A stretch of 39,010 nt of DNA, from the NCBI GenBank assembly GCA_016840035.1, contig JAEOTC010000092.1:1-39010 (forward strand). The letters are read 5' to 3'. The stretch is from Candidatus Hodarchaeota archaeon (GTDB lineage Archaea; Asgardarchaeota; Heimdallarchaeia; Hodarchaeales; Hodarchaeaceae). Position 1 is the first letter of the stretch; every line of letters begins with the position of its first letter. The notes under the pieces are model-generated. The model searched no databases and was not told where the DNA came from. It saw only the letters and a program-made list of their open reading frames with translations. The position numbers and the translations under genes were made by a program. Below, piece by piece: positions 17,727 through 26,959 of this stretch.

Positions 17727-19505
17727 ATGCCTCAAATATTAAGAGTTAATATGTCGGATATGACGACAAAATTTGAAGAATTTCCTGAAAAATATAAAAA
17801 GCTCGGTGGCAGAGCATTAACCTCCACAATGGTTTTTGATGAAGTTCCCCCTACATGTGAACCCCTAGGTCCATTAAATAAAGTTATAATCGCTCCAGGG
17901 ATAGTAACAGGTACGAATGCACCTAGTTCGGGTCGCTTAAGCGTAGGTGGAAAATCTCCATTAACTGGAGGAATAAAAGAAGCTAATGCAGGTGGATTAA
18001 CTGCACAGAAAATAGCAAAGTTAGGCCTAAAAGCAGTAGTTCTAGAAGGGCAACCAAAATCGAAAGACAAGTGGTTTAATATTGTTATAAAGAAAGGTAC
18101 AGCAGAAATTGTTGATGCGAATGACTTTGCTGGTATGGGACTCTATGAACTTATAGGAAAAGTCTGGGAGAAATATCCAAGTAAGCCAGGTATTATTGGT
18201 TGTGGTATTGCAGGACAAAAATTAATGCGTTCCGCAGGCGTTTTCGGTAATAACGTGGAAAATAACGATCCTGGAAGATATGCAGGTCGTGGTGGTCTTG
18301 GTGCAGTAATTGGTTCCAAAAGAATCATTGCAATCATAACAGATGATACGGATGGTGAGCGTCCAGCTGCAGTAAATAAAGAATTGTACGATGAAGGGCG
18401 AAAGAAGCTCGTTGCAGCTCTCAATGAACATGCTGTTACTGGAGTGCTAGAAAAGGATGGGAAACCCTACGGAGGTCTCAAAAATTACGGCACCAATGTC
18501 CTTCAAAATATTATTAATGAAGCAGGAGCTTTACCAGCCAGAAACTGGCGTGAAGGTCGTTTTGACGGTGCAGCCAAGATATCTGGAGAAGCTACCCATG
18601 AGCTTGTAGATAAAGTGAAAGCTAAGTTCCCTGATAGTCCCGCTCAGTATGCACATGCATGTCATCCTGGTTGTATCATAAAATGCTCTAATGTTGTTCC
18701 CTACGAGGATACTGGAAAACTACAAGTCTCTCCTCTCGAATATGAAACTGCTTGGGCGCTTGGAACGAATTGTGGGATCGATAGTCACTTTCATGTGTCT
18801 GAACTCAATCGTGTTTGTAACGATCTAGGTCTAGATACTATAGAAGCTGGGAATACAATTGCCGTTGCTATGGAAGCAGGATTACTGAATTTTGGTGATG
18901 GACCAGCAGCTGTTAATTTTTTAAAGAAAGTCGGTTCTGATTCACCAATGGGGAATTTAATTGGTTTAGGGGCATTAGGATTGGGTCAGGCATTTGGGGT
19001 TACTCATGTTGCTCATTGTAAAGGTCAATCGCTCCCTGCTTATGATCCACGACCAATTAGAGGAATTGGAGTTACATACGCTACAGGACCACAAGGAGGA
19101 GACCACACTCAGGGTTACACTATCGCTCCTGAAATTCTTCAGGTCGGTGGAACTCCTGATAGAATGGATGTGAACAAAGCTGAATTATCCAGAGCTTTTC
19201 AAGCAACTACTGCATTCATTGACTCAACAGGCTACTGTTTATTTATTGCTTTTGCTATCCTCGATATAGCTTCTGGTTCCGAAGGTATGGTTCAATCTAT
19301 TCAAGGGTTTTTAGGCGATACGTCTATTGATGCAGTTGCATATGGAATGGATGTTCTCAAGAAGGAAAGAGAATTCAATAAGAAAGCTGGGTTTACTAAA
19401 GTCGACGATCGACTTCCAGAATTCTTCCAAACTGAACCCCTTCCCCCCCACAACGTGGTATTCGAAGTTTCTGATGAAGAATTAGATAAAGTCTTTGAAA
19501 ATTAA
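17727..19505 (+). CDS. aor: Tungsten-dependent aldehyde:ferredoxin oxidoreductase family protein
   Basis: KSPLTGGIKEANAGG, GRGGLGAVIGSK, [4Fe-4S] ligands CHPGCIIKC and distal GYCLF, EYET, DLGLDTI; ATG 17727 (GGTGG SD at 17717-17721) preferred over GTG 17718. Confidence 0.95.
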   Translation: MPQILRVNMSDMTTKFEEFPEKYKKLGGRALTSTMVFDEVPPTCEPLGPLNKVIIAPGIVTGTNAPSSGRLSVGGKSPLTGGIKEANAGGLTAQKIAKLGLKAVVLEGQPKSKDKWFNIVIKKGTAEIVDANDFAGMGLYELIGKVWEKYPSKPGIIGCGIAGQKLMRSAGVFGNNVENNDPGRYAGRGGLGAVIGSKRIIAIITDDTDGERPAAVNKELYDEGRKKLVAALNEHAVTGVLEKDGKPYGGLKNYGTNVLQNIINEAGALPARNWREGRFDGAAKISGEATHELVDKVKAKFPDSPAQYAHACHPGCIIKCSNVVPYEDTGKLQVSPLEYETAWALGTNCGIDSHFHVSELNRVCNDLGLDTIEAGNTIAVAMEAGLLNFGDGPAAVNFLKKVGSDSPMGNLIGLGALGLGQAFGVTHVAHCKGQSLPAYDPRPIRGIGVTYATGPQGGDHTQGYTIAPEILQVGGTPDRMDVNKAELSRAFQATTAFIDSTGYCLFIAFAILDIASGSEGMVQSIQGFLGDTSIDAVAYGMDVLKKEREFNKKAGFTKVDDRLPEFFQTEPLPPHNVVFEVSDEELDKVFEN

Positions 19506-20452
19506 TTTTCTTCAAAGATTTTCATCTTCCTTTTTTTTACGGGAGCGGTGATTAAGGCAACACCGATAGCGCATATTATCCCTCCGATTAGTGCTAAAAG
19601 AGAAAATTCTCCGAGAAATATCCAGGCAAATAGTAATGAAAAGAGAGGGATTAAGAATTGGATATTAGCTGCATAAATTGCCCCATAATTTTGGACAAGC
19701 TGCAGATACAAAGTAAATGCGATTGCTGCTGCTCCGACCCCAATGATCAATAACCCAGTAACACTTCCGATTGTATAACTACTTACTGGGGGTACTGTTT
19801 CAAAAATTAACGAAGCGAAGAGAAGAAAAACTGCTGCAAAGCTTAAGTTTAAGGAAGTCACTTCTAGACTTGAATCATCTGAAAATAGCTTTTTGATGGA
19901 TAAAGAATACCCAGCCCAAGCTACTCCCGATAAAAATCCAAGAAAGTTTCCCAATAAAAAGTGATTGAAATTATCTATGAGGAGATCACTTGAAGCGAGA
20001 AACACCAAACAAATGCCAAATGTTGAGATCAGAAGCGCAAGAGTTTTTCGTGATGAATAAGCTTCATCAGAAAACAATATAGGAGCGACCAAATAAACTA
20101 ACCCAGGATTGAAATTAAGCAGCACGGAACTTGAGGCACCTAATATATAGTGGATCGAAAAATTCTGTCCGATTATCATCAAAACTAACCAAAGTGCACA
20201 GAAAATATGGGCCTTAGTACGTTTTAATAAGAGAGTTACACTATTCGAGAGATTTCCACGAAAAAGTAAGATAATAAATAAAGTTAAAAAACCCAGGAGA
20301 TATCGAAGAAAACCAAAGAAGAGACCAGGAAATAATTCTTCGTTACCAACCCAAATCTTCGATACTAAAGGCGGAGTTGACCATAACACGACAATAATCA
20401 GCGCGGATATGAAAAAACTTAAAGATAATTCTTTTCTTGAATCGTTTGCCAA
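19502..20452 (-). CDS. DMT superfamily (EamA) transporter
   Basis: About 10 TM in two repeats; LWST, FLRYLLG, SSVLLNFNP, GVAWAGYS, IAFTLY, QFLIPLFSLLFAWIFLGE; overlaps the aor stop by 4 nt. Confidence 0.9.
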   Translation of the reverse strand: MANDSRKELSLSFFISALIIVVLWSTPPLVSKIWVGNEELFPGLFFGFLRYLLGFLTLFIILLFRGNLSNSVTLLLKRTKAHIFCALWLVLMIIGQNFSIHYILGASSSVLLNFNPGLVYLVAPILFSDEAYSSRKTLALLISTFGICLVFLASSDLLIDNFNHFLLGNFLGFLSGVAWAGYSLSIKKLFSDDSSLEVTSLNLSFAAVFLLFASLIFETVPPVSSYTIGSVTGLLIIGVGAAAIAFTLYLQLVQNYGAIYAANIQFLIPLFSLLFAWIFLGEFSLLALIGGIICAIGVALITAPVKKRKMKIFEEN

Positions 20453-20489
20453 AATTGTTCGCTCAATATCCTTATTTATGCTAGACTAC

Positions 20490-21383
20490 TCATACTAAAG
20501 TAGCTAAATAAATAGATCTTAAGAACGAATGGACTGTTTGACCTCCGTCGATTTCTAGTTCCCTTGACATTGGTAGACAATATCGGATCATTAGAGAATT
20601 TTCTGTTATTGTGAGAAAAGAGGCAATAGAACTCTGATTTATAAGAAGATCACCACGAGAGTAGGTTAGGATAATAGTGTTTGGTTGGAATTCGGGGAGA
20701 AATTCTGAGATTTGATTAAACAAGGATTCATAAACAAGGAAACTAAAGTGTGGTTGTGAAAATATTCCTTGAATCTTAGATGCAATAACCTCATCAATAT
20801 GTTCCCAACCATAAGATAATTGAGCTGACATCTCAGACGTCTCGAGGTTATTTACGATTACCTCGTTGGATGATGTACGTGAAGCGTGGATTTCAATGTA
20901 TCTCAAAGGGTAAATCTTTTCATATTGGTCAATAGGTATATTCCTTCCAAATCCAAGTGAAACAATAAGGTCAAACCAAAAAGAATCATCCTGATTCGAA
21001 GCATGTGCAATTCTACAGTCATCAGTAGAAATTTCAGCTTCCAACCACTTGAAAAGATTCCTGATTTTTCTGGAAATTGCTGTTCCAGCGAGATAAGGAA
21101 TACCCCTTCCGAATAATCCTTCGCAAAGAAAGAATATTCTAAAATTTTTATTCTGTATAGTAAAAAAACCAATTCCTTCATTATTAGGTATTTTAAAACC
21201 GTAAACTCCTGACATTATATAAACATTTGGAGGGGGTTCAATTTCAGCTAAAGCAGTAACAAGAGCAGTATAGAGTGAGCCTCCAAGGATCGGTTCGAGG
21301 TCTGATCCAACACGTAAATGACAATGGCCAATGATAGATTTACAGTACAAATGCTGAATCCAAATTTGAGATACTACTACCAT
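20490..21383 (-). CDS. Hypothetical protein with probable N-terminal longin-like domain
   Basis: 297-aa ORF; VSQIWIQH..IIGHCHL / EPILGGSLYTALVTALAEI / three beta strands / AISRKIRNLFKWLE fits longin topology. Confidence 0.55.
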   Translation of the reverse strand: MVVVSQIWIQHLYCKSIIGHCHLRVGSDLEPILGGSLYTALVTALAEIEPPPNVYIMSGVYGFKIPNNEGIGFFTIQNKNFRIFFLCEGLFGRGIPYLAGTAISRKIRNLFKWLEAEISTDDCRIAHASNQDDSFWFDLIVSLGFGRNIPIDQYEKIYPLRYIEIHASRTSSNEVIVNNLETSEMSAQLSYGWEHIDEVIASKIQGIFSQPHFSFLVYESLFNQISEFLPEFQPNTIILTYSRGDLLINQSSIASFLTITENSLMIRYCLPMSRELEIDGGQTVHSFLRSIYLATLV

Positions 21384-21516
21384 GTAATGTTCCTACTGTT
21401 TTTTTACTGATGAGAAATGAGATTAATGGGATACTTTCCGATATGATTAACTCTGAAGAATAGAATAGATAGAATAGGATGAAAAAACCTATTCATGTAT
21501 TCGTTATTTTTATCTT

Positions 21517-21591
21517 GGTTAAATCGGGTTAAAATAAATTATCTAGTTAAATTAACCGAAAATTAATTTTATACCCAGTAAGATTTAACCC
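21517..21591. promoter_or_regulatory. Cluster of GGTTAAA/TTTAACC half-sites in a divergent intergenic region (candidate operator array)
   Basis: GGTTAAATC 21517-21525 and GATTTAACC 21582-21590 form a perfect 9-bp inverted pair; additional GGGTTAAA 21526, AGTTAAA 21545, TTAACCG 21552. Confidence 0.4.
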
Positions 21592-21799
21592 ATTTTTCCC
21601 TCTTCCTTTTCTTTTTATTGCTACCAACGGTTTCAGAAGCAATGTTTTAAAAAAAATCACTCCATTATCAAAAAGTATAAATAATACTATTCTCAAAAAG
21701 GATAACAAATTATAAATTTATTCAGATTGAAAATCCTGGTCTGGATAGAATCATATCGGCTAATGAAATTTTGAAGAACTTATAGGAGGAAAAATTCTC

Positions 21800-22168
21800 T
21801 TGGAAAAGGAAAAAATAACAATTCTTGAATATTTGGCCACCTATCAAATTGCCTCTCCGCAACAACTCAACCATTACTTAGTGGTTACTCGTAAAACAAT
21901 GAAAACAACATCGTCGATTTACAAATATATCCGTGAATTAACTGTTGAAAATTACATTGAAGAAGTTGCACCAAATCATAGACAATTCATGATTACGGAT
22001 AAAGGTCGATTAGTATTAAGATGTCAAGGTAGGAAAAATATTGAGAGGCAAAGAGAATGTCCTATAGTGAACATCTTCATATACAATCACTCTTCCAATA
22101 ATACAAAATTCCCTCCCTATTATAATTTTCATCCTTATCAACATCCATCTAGAGGTAGGTACTGGTGA
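21800..22168 (+). CDS. Winged helix-turn-helix protein
   Basis: ILEYL...SPQQL...SSIYKYIRELTVENYIE...FMITDKGRLVL; TTG start with AGGAGG SD; GTGA overlap with the next gene. Confidence 0.75.
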   Translation: MEKEKITILEYLATYQIASPQQLNHYLVVTRKTMKTTSSIYKYIRELTVENYIEEVAPNHRQFMITDKGRLVLRCQGRKNIERQRECPIVNIFIYNHSSNNTKFPPYYNFHPYQHPSRGRYW

Positions 22169-22698
22169 TAGATTTACTCGCTGCAAGGGGATCTATTGAA
22201 ATCCTCATTTATCTAAAAAATCAAGAAAACCCTGTATCAATCCCAGGAATAAATAGCTATTTCCAGTCGAAGAAGTCGAAACTAAACTTAACCTCAGCCA
22301 CAATTTATCGTAGAGTAAAAGAACTGCAATTAGCAGGTATTTTAGAGAAAACCACTAATAATGCAATTGAATTAACGAAGTATGGAAAGGAAAAACTATC
22401 TGACGTTCAGGAAAGGGAATATCGCCTTAAAAGGTCACGTCGAGAAATTCTCAATGTAATCCAAGAACAGGAGGGAATTAGTGTCAGAGAACTACAGCAT
22501 TATGGATTTTCTCCAACAACGATCAAAAGATCGATTGACGATTTAGAAGAACTGGAATTAATCAAGCAGTACGTAGAGGAGGCGATGAAGCTTTCTCCTA
22601 AAAAGGTCGGTCGTCCAAAAAAACGTCATCAATTGACTAAAAAGGGGTTAAAAGTACTAAAAAAACAAGAAGAGCTAGAAGAAGAGTTAAAAAAATAA
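22165..22698 (+). CDS. Tandem double winged-HTH DNA-binding protein
   Basis: Two wHTH units: SATIYRRVKELQLAGILE..IELTKYGKE and SPTTIKRSIDDLEELELI..GRPKKRHQLTKKG. Confidence 0.85.
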   Translation: MIDLLAARGSIEILIYLKNQENPVSIPGINSYFQSKKSKLNLTSATIYRRVKELQLAGILEKTTNNAIELTKYGKEKLSDVQEREYRLKRSRREILNVIQEQEGISVRELQHYGFSPTTIKRSIDDLEELELIKQYVEEAMKLSPKKVGRPKKRHQLTKKGLKVLKKQEELEEELKK

Positions 22699-22712
22699 AG
22701 GAGTAAATAGAA

Positions 22713-23999
22713 ATGAAAGAAACAAACACATTGCAAAAAAATATAAAAATTCGAGTATCTCCTTCAAGTGAGTACGCACTAGGGAGTGGAGATACTCATC
22801 TCTACACACAACTAGAACTAGAAGCATTAGAGGAAATTATTGAAACAAAAGATAGAGTTTCACTTAATTTAAGTGTTGTATTAGATCGATCTGGTTCAAT
22901 GGGGGGATCTAAGATTGAAAAGGCAAAGAAGGCTGTGGAGTTTATTGTAGAAAATTTATCCAAGTCAGATATTTTTTCACTAGTAATCTATGATGATGTC
23001 ATCGATACCATTATAGAGGCAAACTCAATTGCGGAAAAAGCTACAATTCTTGCAAAAGTAAGAAGCATAACAGCAAGAAACATGACAGACCTTCATGGTG
23101 GAATGATGGAAGGAGTAAAACAAGTTCGTCTAAACACGAACCTAGAGTACAGAAATGTTGTCTTACTTCTATCAGACGGGTTAGCAAACGTTGGAATCAC
23201 CTCTAGAATCCAAGTAGGAGAAGCAGCAAAAGCAGTTCATGACAACGATGGGATTACAATTAGTACATTTGGAATTGGTGATGATTTTGATGAGGACATG
23301 CTTGTGAATATTGCCGACTCAGCTTCTGGTGAATTTTACTACATTAAATCGGCAGATGATATTCCAAAATTTATTGAAAAGGAATTCAAGGGTCTTTTAG
23401 CTACCATAGCGTCAAATATCAAGGTTAGAGTACATCCAGCTTCAGGAGTCAACATTGAGCGAATCTTAGGAGTGTCCCTTCAAGATCAAAAAACTCAACC
23501 ACTAAAACTAGGAGATCTTAGGTCTGGGAATAATCGGTTAGTAATCCTAGACCTGATGCTGTCACCTGGAAAGTTGGATACTAAGCAGGAGATCGTGAGT
23601 TTTCAAGTTGAATGGATTCCTGTACAGTCAGGTACGGAAACCATGAGTCAGCAATTTCCTTGTTCTATAACTTATACAAACGATGAAAAATTACTAGAAA
23701 CTGAAAATCAGAGCGTTTTAGATAACGTTGTGATATTAGAAACTGCCTTGGTACGAGAAAGAGCTATCCATTTGGCAGATCGAGGCGAATTTTCTGCTGC
23801 TCAAAAGTTAATTTTATCCCAACAATCGAAATTAAAACACCGATCTGACTTAGTTGGCGCATCCCCTGAGCTAAAATCAGTAATGTGGGAAAACAAGGCA
23901 TTATTATCTAATACACTCGATAAAAAGTTGTACACAAGGTCTTCAAGAAAGTTCGCCTCAAATATGATGTATTCTCTTAGAAAACAACGAAAGAAATAG
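22713..23999 (+). CDS. von Willebrand factor type A (vWA) domain protein, YfbK/'Ca-activated chloride channel homolog' type
   Basis: Intact MIDAS: VVLDRSGSM, T in NMTDL, LLLSDGLANVG; STFGIGDDFDEDML; C-terminal beta-sandwich and helix AIHLADRGEFSAAQKLI; AAGGAG SD. Confidence 0.9.
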   Translation: MKETNTLQKNIKIRVSPSSEYALGSGDTHLYTQLELEALEEIIETKDRVSLNLSVVLDRSGSMGGSKIEKAKKAVEFIVENLSKSDIFSLVIYDDVIDTIIEANSIAEKATILAKVRSITARNMTDLHGGMMEGVKQVRLNTNLEYRNVVLLLSDGLANVGITSRIQVGEAAKAVHDNDGITISTFGIGDDFDEDMLVNIADSASGEFYYIKSADDIPKFIEKEFKGLLATIASNIKVRVHPASGVNIERILGVSLQDQKTQPLKLGDLRSGNNRLVILDLMLSPGKLDTKQEIVSFQVEWIPVQSGTETMSQQFPCSITYTNDEKLLETENQSVLDNVVILETALVRERAIHLADRGEFSAAQKLILSQQSKLKHRSDLVGASPELKSVMWENKALLSNTLDKKLYTRSSRKFASNMMYSLRKQRKK

Positions 24000-24025
24000 A
24001 TGTATTTGGAGACTTTTCTCTCCAT

Positions 24026-24047
24026 CTTTCCTTTTTTTTGTTTTATG
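24026..24047 (+). terminator. Oligo-T archaeal terminator after the wHTH-wHTH-vWA operon
   Basis: CTTTCCTTTTTTTTGTTTT about 30 nt after the stop. Confidence 0.5.
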
Positions 24048-24467
24048 TTACTTTTTGGAGAGGGATATAGATTCTAGTGATTTTTGAAGGACTATATTCT
24101 GTTCCTCCAATCTATCTAGTTTTGAGAAGACTTCTCTCCAAATTGGTGATATTTCCCTTGTTAATTGTTGTTCTGCACGATAAGTTCCTTTCCTAAAATC
24201 CAACCAACCTACAATCACTGCTACTGGAAAATATATAATTCCAAATATTATAAAGAACACGGAGAATGATTTTAGAAATTCAGGCACAAAGAACAGATTT
24301 TTGAATAATAGATTATAAAAAATTAAAGTAAAATTAATTAAGGAGAACATTAATGCGAACCAGTTCCCGTGACCTCGTAGAAAGTATTGTCTTAACCGTG
24401 CACCTTCATCAATGGCATTTCGTAATAGTTTTTTTATTTTGATATAATCATCAGACTTTTTTGACAT
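24048..24467 (-). CDS. Small two-TM membrane protein with C-terminal coiled coil
   Basis: WFALMFSLINFTLIFYNLLF and FSVFFIIFGIIYFPVAVIVGWL, then heptads VFSKLDRLEEQNIVLQKSLE; ATG 24467 has an AGGTGA SD (the track's GTG 24476 lies within that SD). Confidence 0.75.
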   Translation of the reverse strand: MSKKSDDYIKIKKLLRNAIDEGARLRQYFLRGHGNWFALMFSLINFTLIFYNLLFKNLFFVPEFLKSFSVFFIIFGIIYFPVAVIVGWLDFRKGTYRAEQQLTREISPIWREVFSKLDRLEEQNIVLQKSLESISLSKK

Positions 24468-24664
24468 AATCTTCACCTTGGAATCTGAAGATACCTCAAT
24501 GGTTTAACCCTTACTTCATTCATGGGACTTATATTTCTTAATGGATTCTCTAACTTTGTGAAAAAACGGTCCTAAATTCGCATAGCTCAAAGGAAATTTG
24601 CTCTTTTCAAGATCCATTATAGAAGACTTTATTAAGGGGAAGAAACATATTATTAACCAGAGAA

Positions 24665-24781
24665 ATGGGAATACTAGTAAGAAAAGTAAAATTGATGATG
24701 AACCTACTGGATGTCATCTTCACATATGGAGTAGGTTTCATATTTCTCTTTGGCATACTGTTTCTACTTTACCTACTCTAA
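24665..24781 (+). CDS. Putative 38-aa single-TM micropeptide (not in the ORF track)
   Basis: ATG 24665 to TAA 24781 reads MGILVRKVKLMMNLLDVIFTYGVGFIFLFGILFLLYLL; TTTATTAA box at 24628-24635. Confidence 0.5.
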   Translation: MGILVRKVKLMMNLLDVIFTYGVGFIFLFGILFLLYLL

Positions 24782-24842
24782 ATCATTCACCTTAGACAGA
24801 AATATCATTTTTTTGTCCAATTACTTCTTTGAGAGAGTCAAA

Positions 24843-26942
24843 TTATGCTATCTTACTTAGAATTACCTCTATCTGAAATACATGATTAGATTCTGTAATT
24901 TTAAAGAAAGGAAATAATGATGTTCCTTGATATTGTTCTTCAAATCCGATCTCGGTCTTTGTAAACGAATATACGGGAAAAACCATACATTTTACTGACT
25001 CTGGGAACGTAACAGACAATGAAACCTTCTCAAGCTCATTTAAGTCTTGAATCATAAAAAAAGTGCATTGCTCTTCAGTAACAAATTCACTTAGGTTAAA
25101 TTTCCTCTCATTTAAATATCCATGAGTTTTATAAGGGTAAGAAGCTCCAAGAAAGTTCATTTCTGGAGAGAAATAAAAAATATTTTCCCCCTTCCCTTCT
25201 GGAAAATTGATCTCATAATCGACTATTAGTGAGGATTCTTGGAGACAGTAGGATTTACTCACAGAGCATGGAATATCCTCTTCGTTTCTTCCCAGAATCT
25301 TACCGAACCGATTAAGACTTAGTCTTCCTTTCGGAACATGCTCTATCGTATATTTCTGATTTGTAAAATTACCGATATCCTTATATTGATTTGATTGATA
25401 TTTTTGGATTGTGGAAATTTCACGAAAGAAATGATCTTGAAATGTCCACTTCTCTATACTATCTTCAGCCACAGCCGCATCATCAGTATGATAAGCTTCG
25501 AGTTTTCGTCTAAGGACATTCTGAAAGTCATATGTCCCTTTCTTAAGATTTAAAGAAAAAACAGATCCTCCCCTTAGTGATGATACAAAGCAAGAAATGC
25601 TTTTATTTTCTAAAATACCGTCAAGTTGACCATCTAACAATACATCTTGAATTTTAAGTTCAGGAAGGATGATAGCATTATCCTGACACGCACGATCGAT
25701 TAAATATTCTGCTGTATTCACGAATTTCAGACAGGCGTGCCGTAGAAATCTATAATAGATTCCACCAAACATTCCTGACCAGTACGAATCATTTGACTGA
25801 CTTGCTAGGATATTGTCCCAGATTTCATTTGATTCCGAAATCGATATTTGAGATGCGATTCGATTTAGTTTTTCTCTACAATATAACATCCTTTTGTGCA
25901 TTACATTCGATTGTGAGTACTTCACGAGAAAATTTTGCCAGATTGACCCTTGGGTAAACATTAAAACGTCTTCTGCATTTGGAATGTCGTTTTCTAATGC
26001 TTTCGTCCTTAAATTTTCAATTCGCTTTCGTAATGGTGTAGGAAGTGCCCAAATTGCCATCTTGTCATATGAACTTGTCGGTAAGTAGATGAGTCCTTGT
26101 GAACCATGATTTTCCATGTATTCACTTATCAGAACAGATTTTATCCAGCTATGTTCAAGAATCGATTCAAAAAAGCTATCCATCCAGCCTTTTGTTCCAT
26201 CATATCCCGAAACATAACATATATCATGAGTTGTACGATCACCCGCTGGCCAGACTCCCATTTTTTCAGCATCTGAAATCATCACAACTATTTTCTCGTG
26301 AGATTGATCACATGCCTTCTTAAGATACTCAATGGATTCTGAGGGCGATTTCCATGGCACAAAATAGCGTATGGATTCATTAATTGGAAAAATCGTTACT
26401 GAGTTTCCTTGATACTCAGTTTCGTACGTATAAAATGTTTCTTCTTCCGATAATCCAATTATATGGAGTAAATAATCATCAATGAATGTGTATTCAATAC
26501 CTAGCTTTTGGAGAGTTGAAGGTAAATCCGGTACCCACACTCTTTCTGCTAACCATATCCCTTTTGGAGAGATACCATAATTCTCTTTCCACCAATCAAC
26601 CATCATTATTATTTGTCGGAGACGATCTTCTTCAGGAATAATCGCAAGAATTGGCTCATAAAACCCTCCTCCTATAATTTCAACCTGTTTATTAGCATTT
26701 AGCTCGGAGATTATATCTAAAAATTCAGGGTGGTTATTTTTTAACCAAATAAGAAGGGGCCCACTAATATGAAGGTTGATTTTTATTTCTGTATAATTTG
26801 CAATCGTCCTAAAAAGGGGAAGATATGCTTTTTGATACGCTTCCTCAATAACCCATGGAAGATTACCTACAGGTTGATGCATATGGAATACAATCGGAAA
26901 ATAAACTGAACCTTGGTTTGAGTGATTCGTCAAGCTCTTCAC
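24843..26942 (-). CDS. GH57 alpha-amylase / 4-alpha-glucanotransferase
   Basis: GH57 conserved regions HMHQP, GGGFYEPIL, WLAERVW (nucleophile Glu), SDAEKMG (acid/base Asp), ASQSNDSYWSG; C-terminal beta-sandwich ending YQGTSLFP. Confidence 0.93.
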   Translation of the reverse strand: MKSLTNHSNQGSVYFPIVFHMHQPVGNLPWVIEEAYQKAYLPLFRTIANYTEIKINLHISGPLLIWLKNNHPEFLDIISELNANKQVEIIGGGFYEPILAIIPEEDRLRQIIMMVDWWKENYGISPKGIWLAERVWVPDLPSTLQKLGIEYTFIDDYLLHIIGLSEEETFYTYETEYQGNSVTIFPINESIRYFVPWKSPSESIEYLKKACDQSHEKIVVMISDAEKMGVWPAGDRTTHDICYVSGYDGTKGWMDSFFESILEHSWIKSVLISEYMENHGSQGLIYLPTSSYDKMAIWALPTPLRKRIENLRTKALENDIPNAEDVLMFTQGSIWQNFLVKYSQSNVMHKRMLYCREKLNRIASQISISESNEIWDNILASQSNDSYWSGMFGGIYYRFLRHACLKFVNTAEYLIDRACQDNAIILPELKIQDVLLDGQLDGILENKSISCFVSSLRGGSVFSLNLKKGTYDFQNVLRRKLEAYHTDDAAVAEDSIEKWTFQDHFFREISTIQKYQSNQYKDIGNFTNQKYTIEHVPKGRLSLNRFGKILGRNEEDIPCSVSKSYCLQESSLIVDYEINFPEGKGENIFYFSPEMNFLGASYPYKTHGYLNERKFNLSEFVTEEQCTFFMIQDLNELEKVSLSVTFPESVKCMVFPVYSFTKTEIGFEEQYQGTSLFPFFKITESNHVFQIEVILSKIA

Positions 26943-26959
26943 ATGAGAAAATGGACTAT

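Noticed and set aside
17400-17735. 111-aa minus-strand ORF between moaD and aor
   Set aside because: Overlaps both flanking genes antisense and covers the aor promoter; likely spurious.
19502-19505. Convergent 3' overlaps (aor/EamA 4 nt; also 3824-3833, 10 nt) as antisense regulation
   Set aside because: Very short overlaps typical of compact archaeal genomes; nothing else supports a regulatory role.
21384-21799. Replication origin
   Set aside because: AT-rich with repeats, but no ORB-like G-string motif recognised and no cdc6/orc1 gene adjacent.
24598-24795. 65-aa ORF from the track
   Set aside because: TTG start, no recognisable features, and it spans the TATA box and the more plausible 38-aa TM ORF in another frame.
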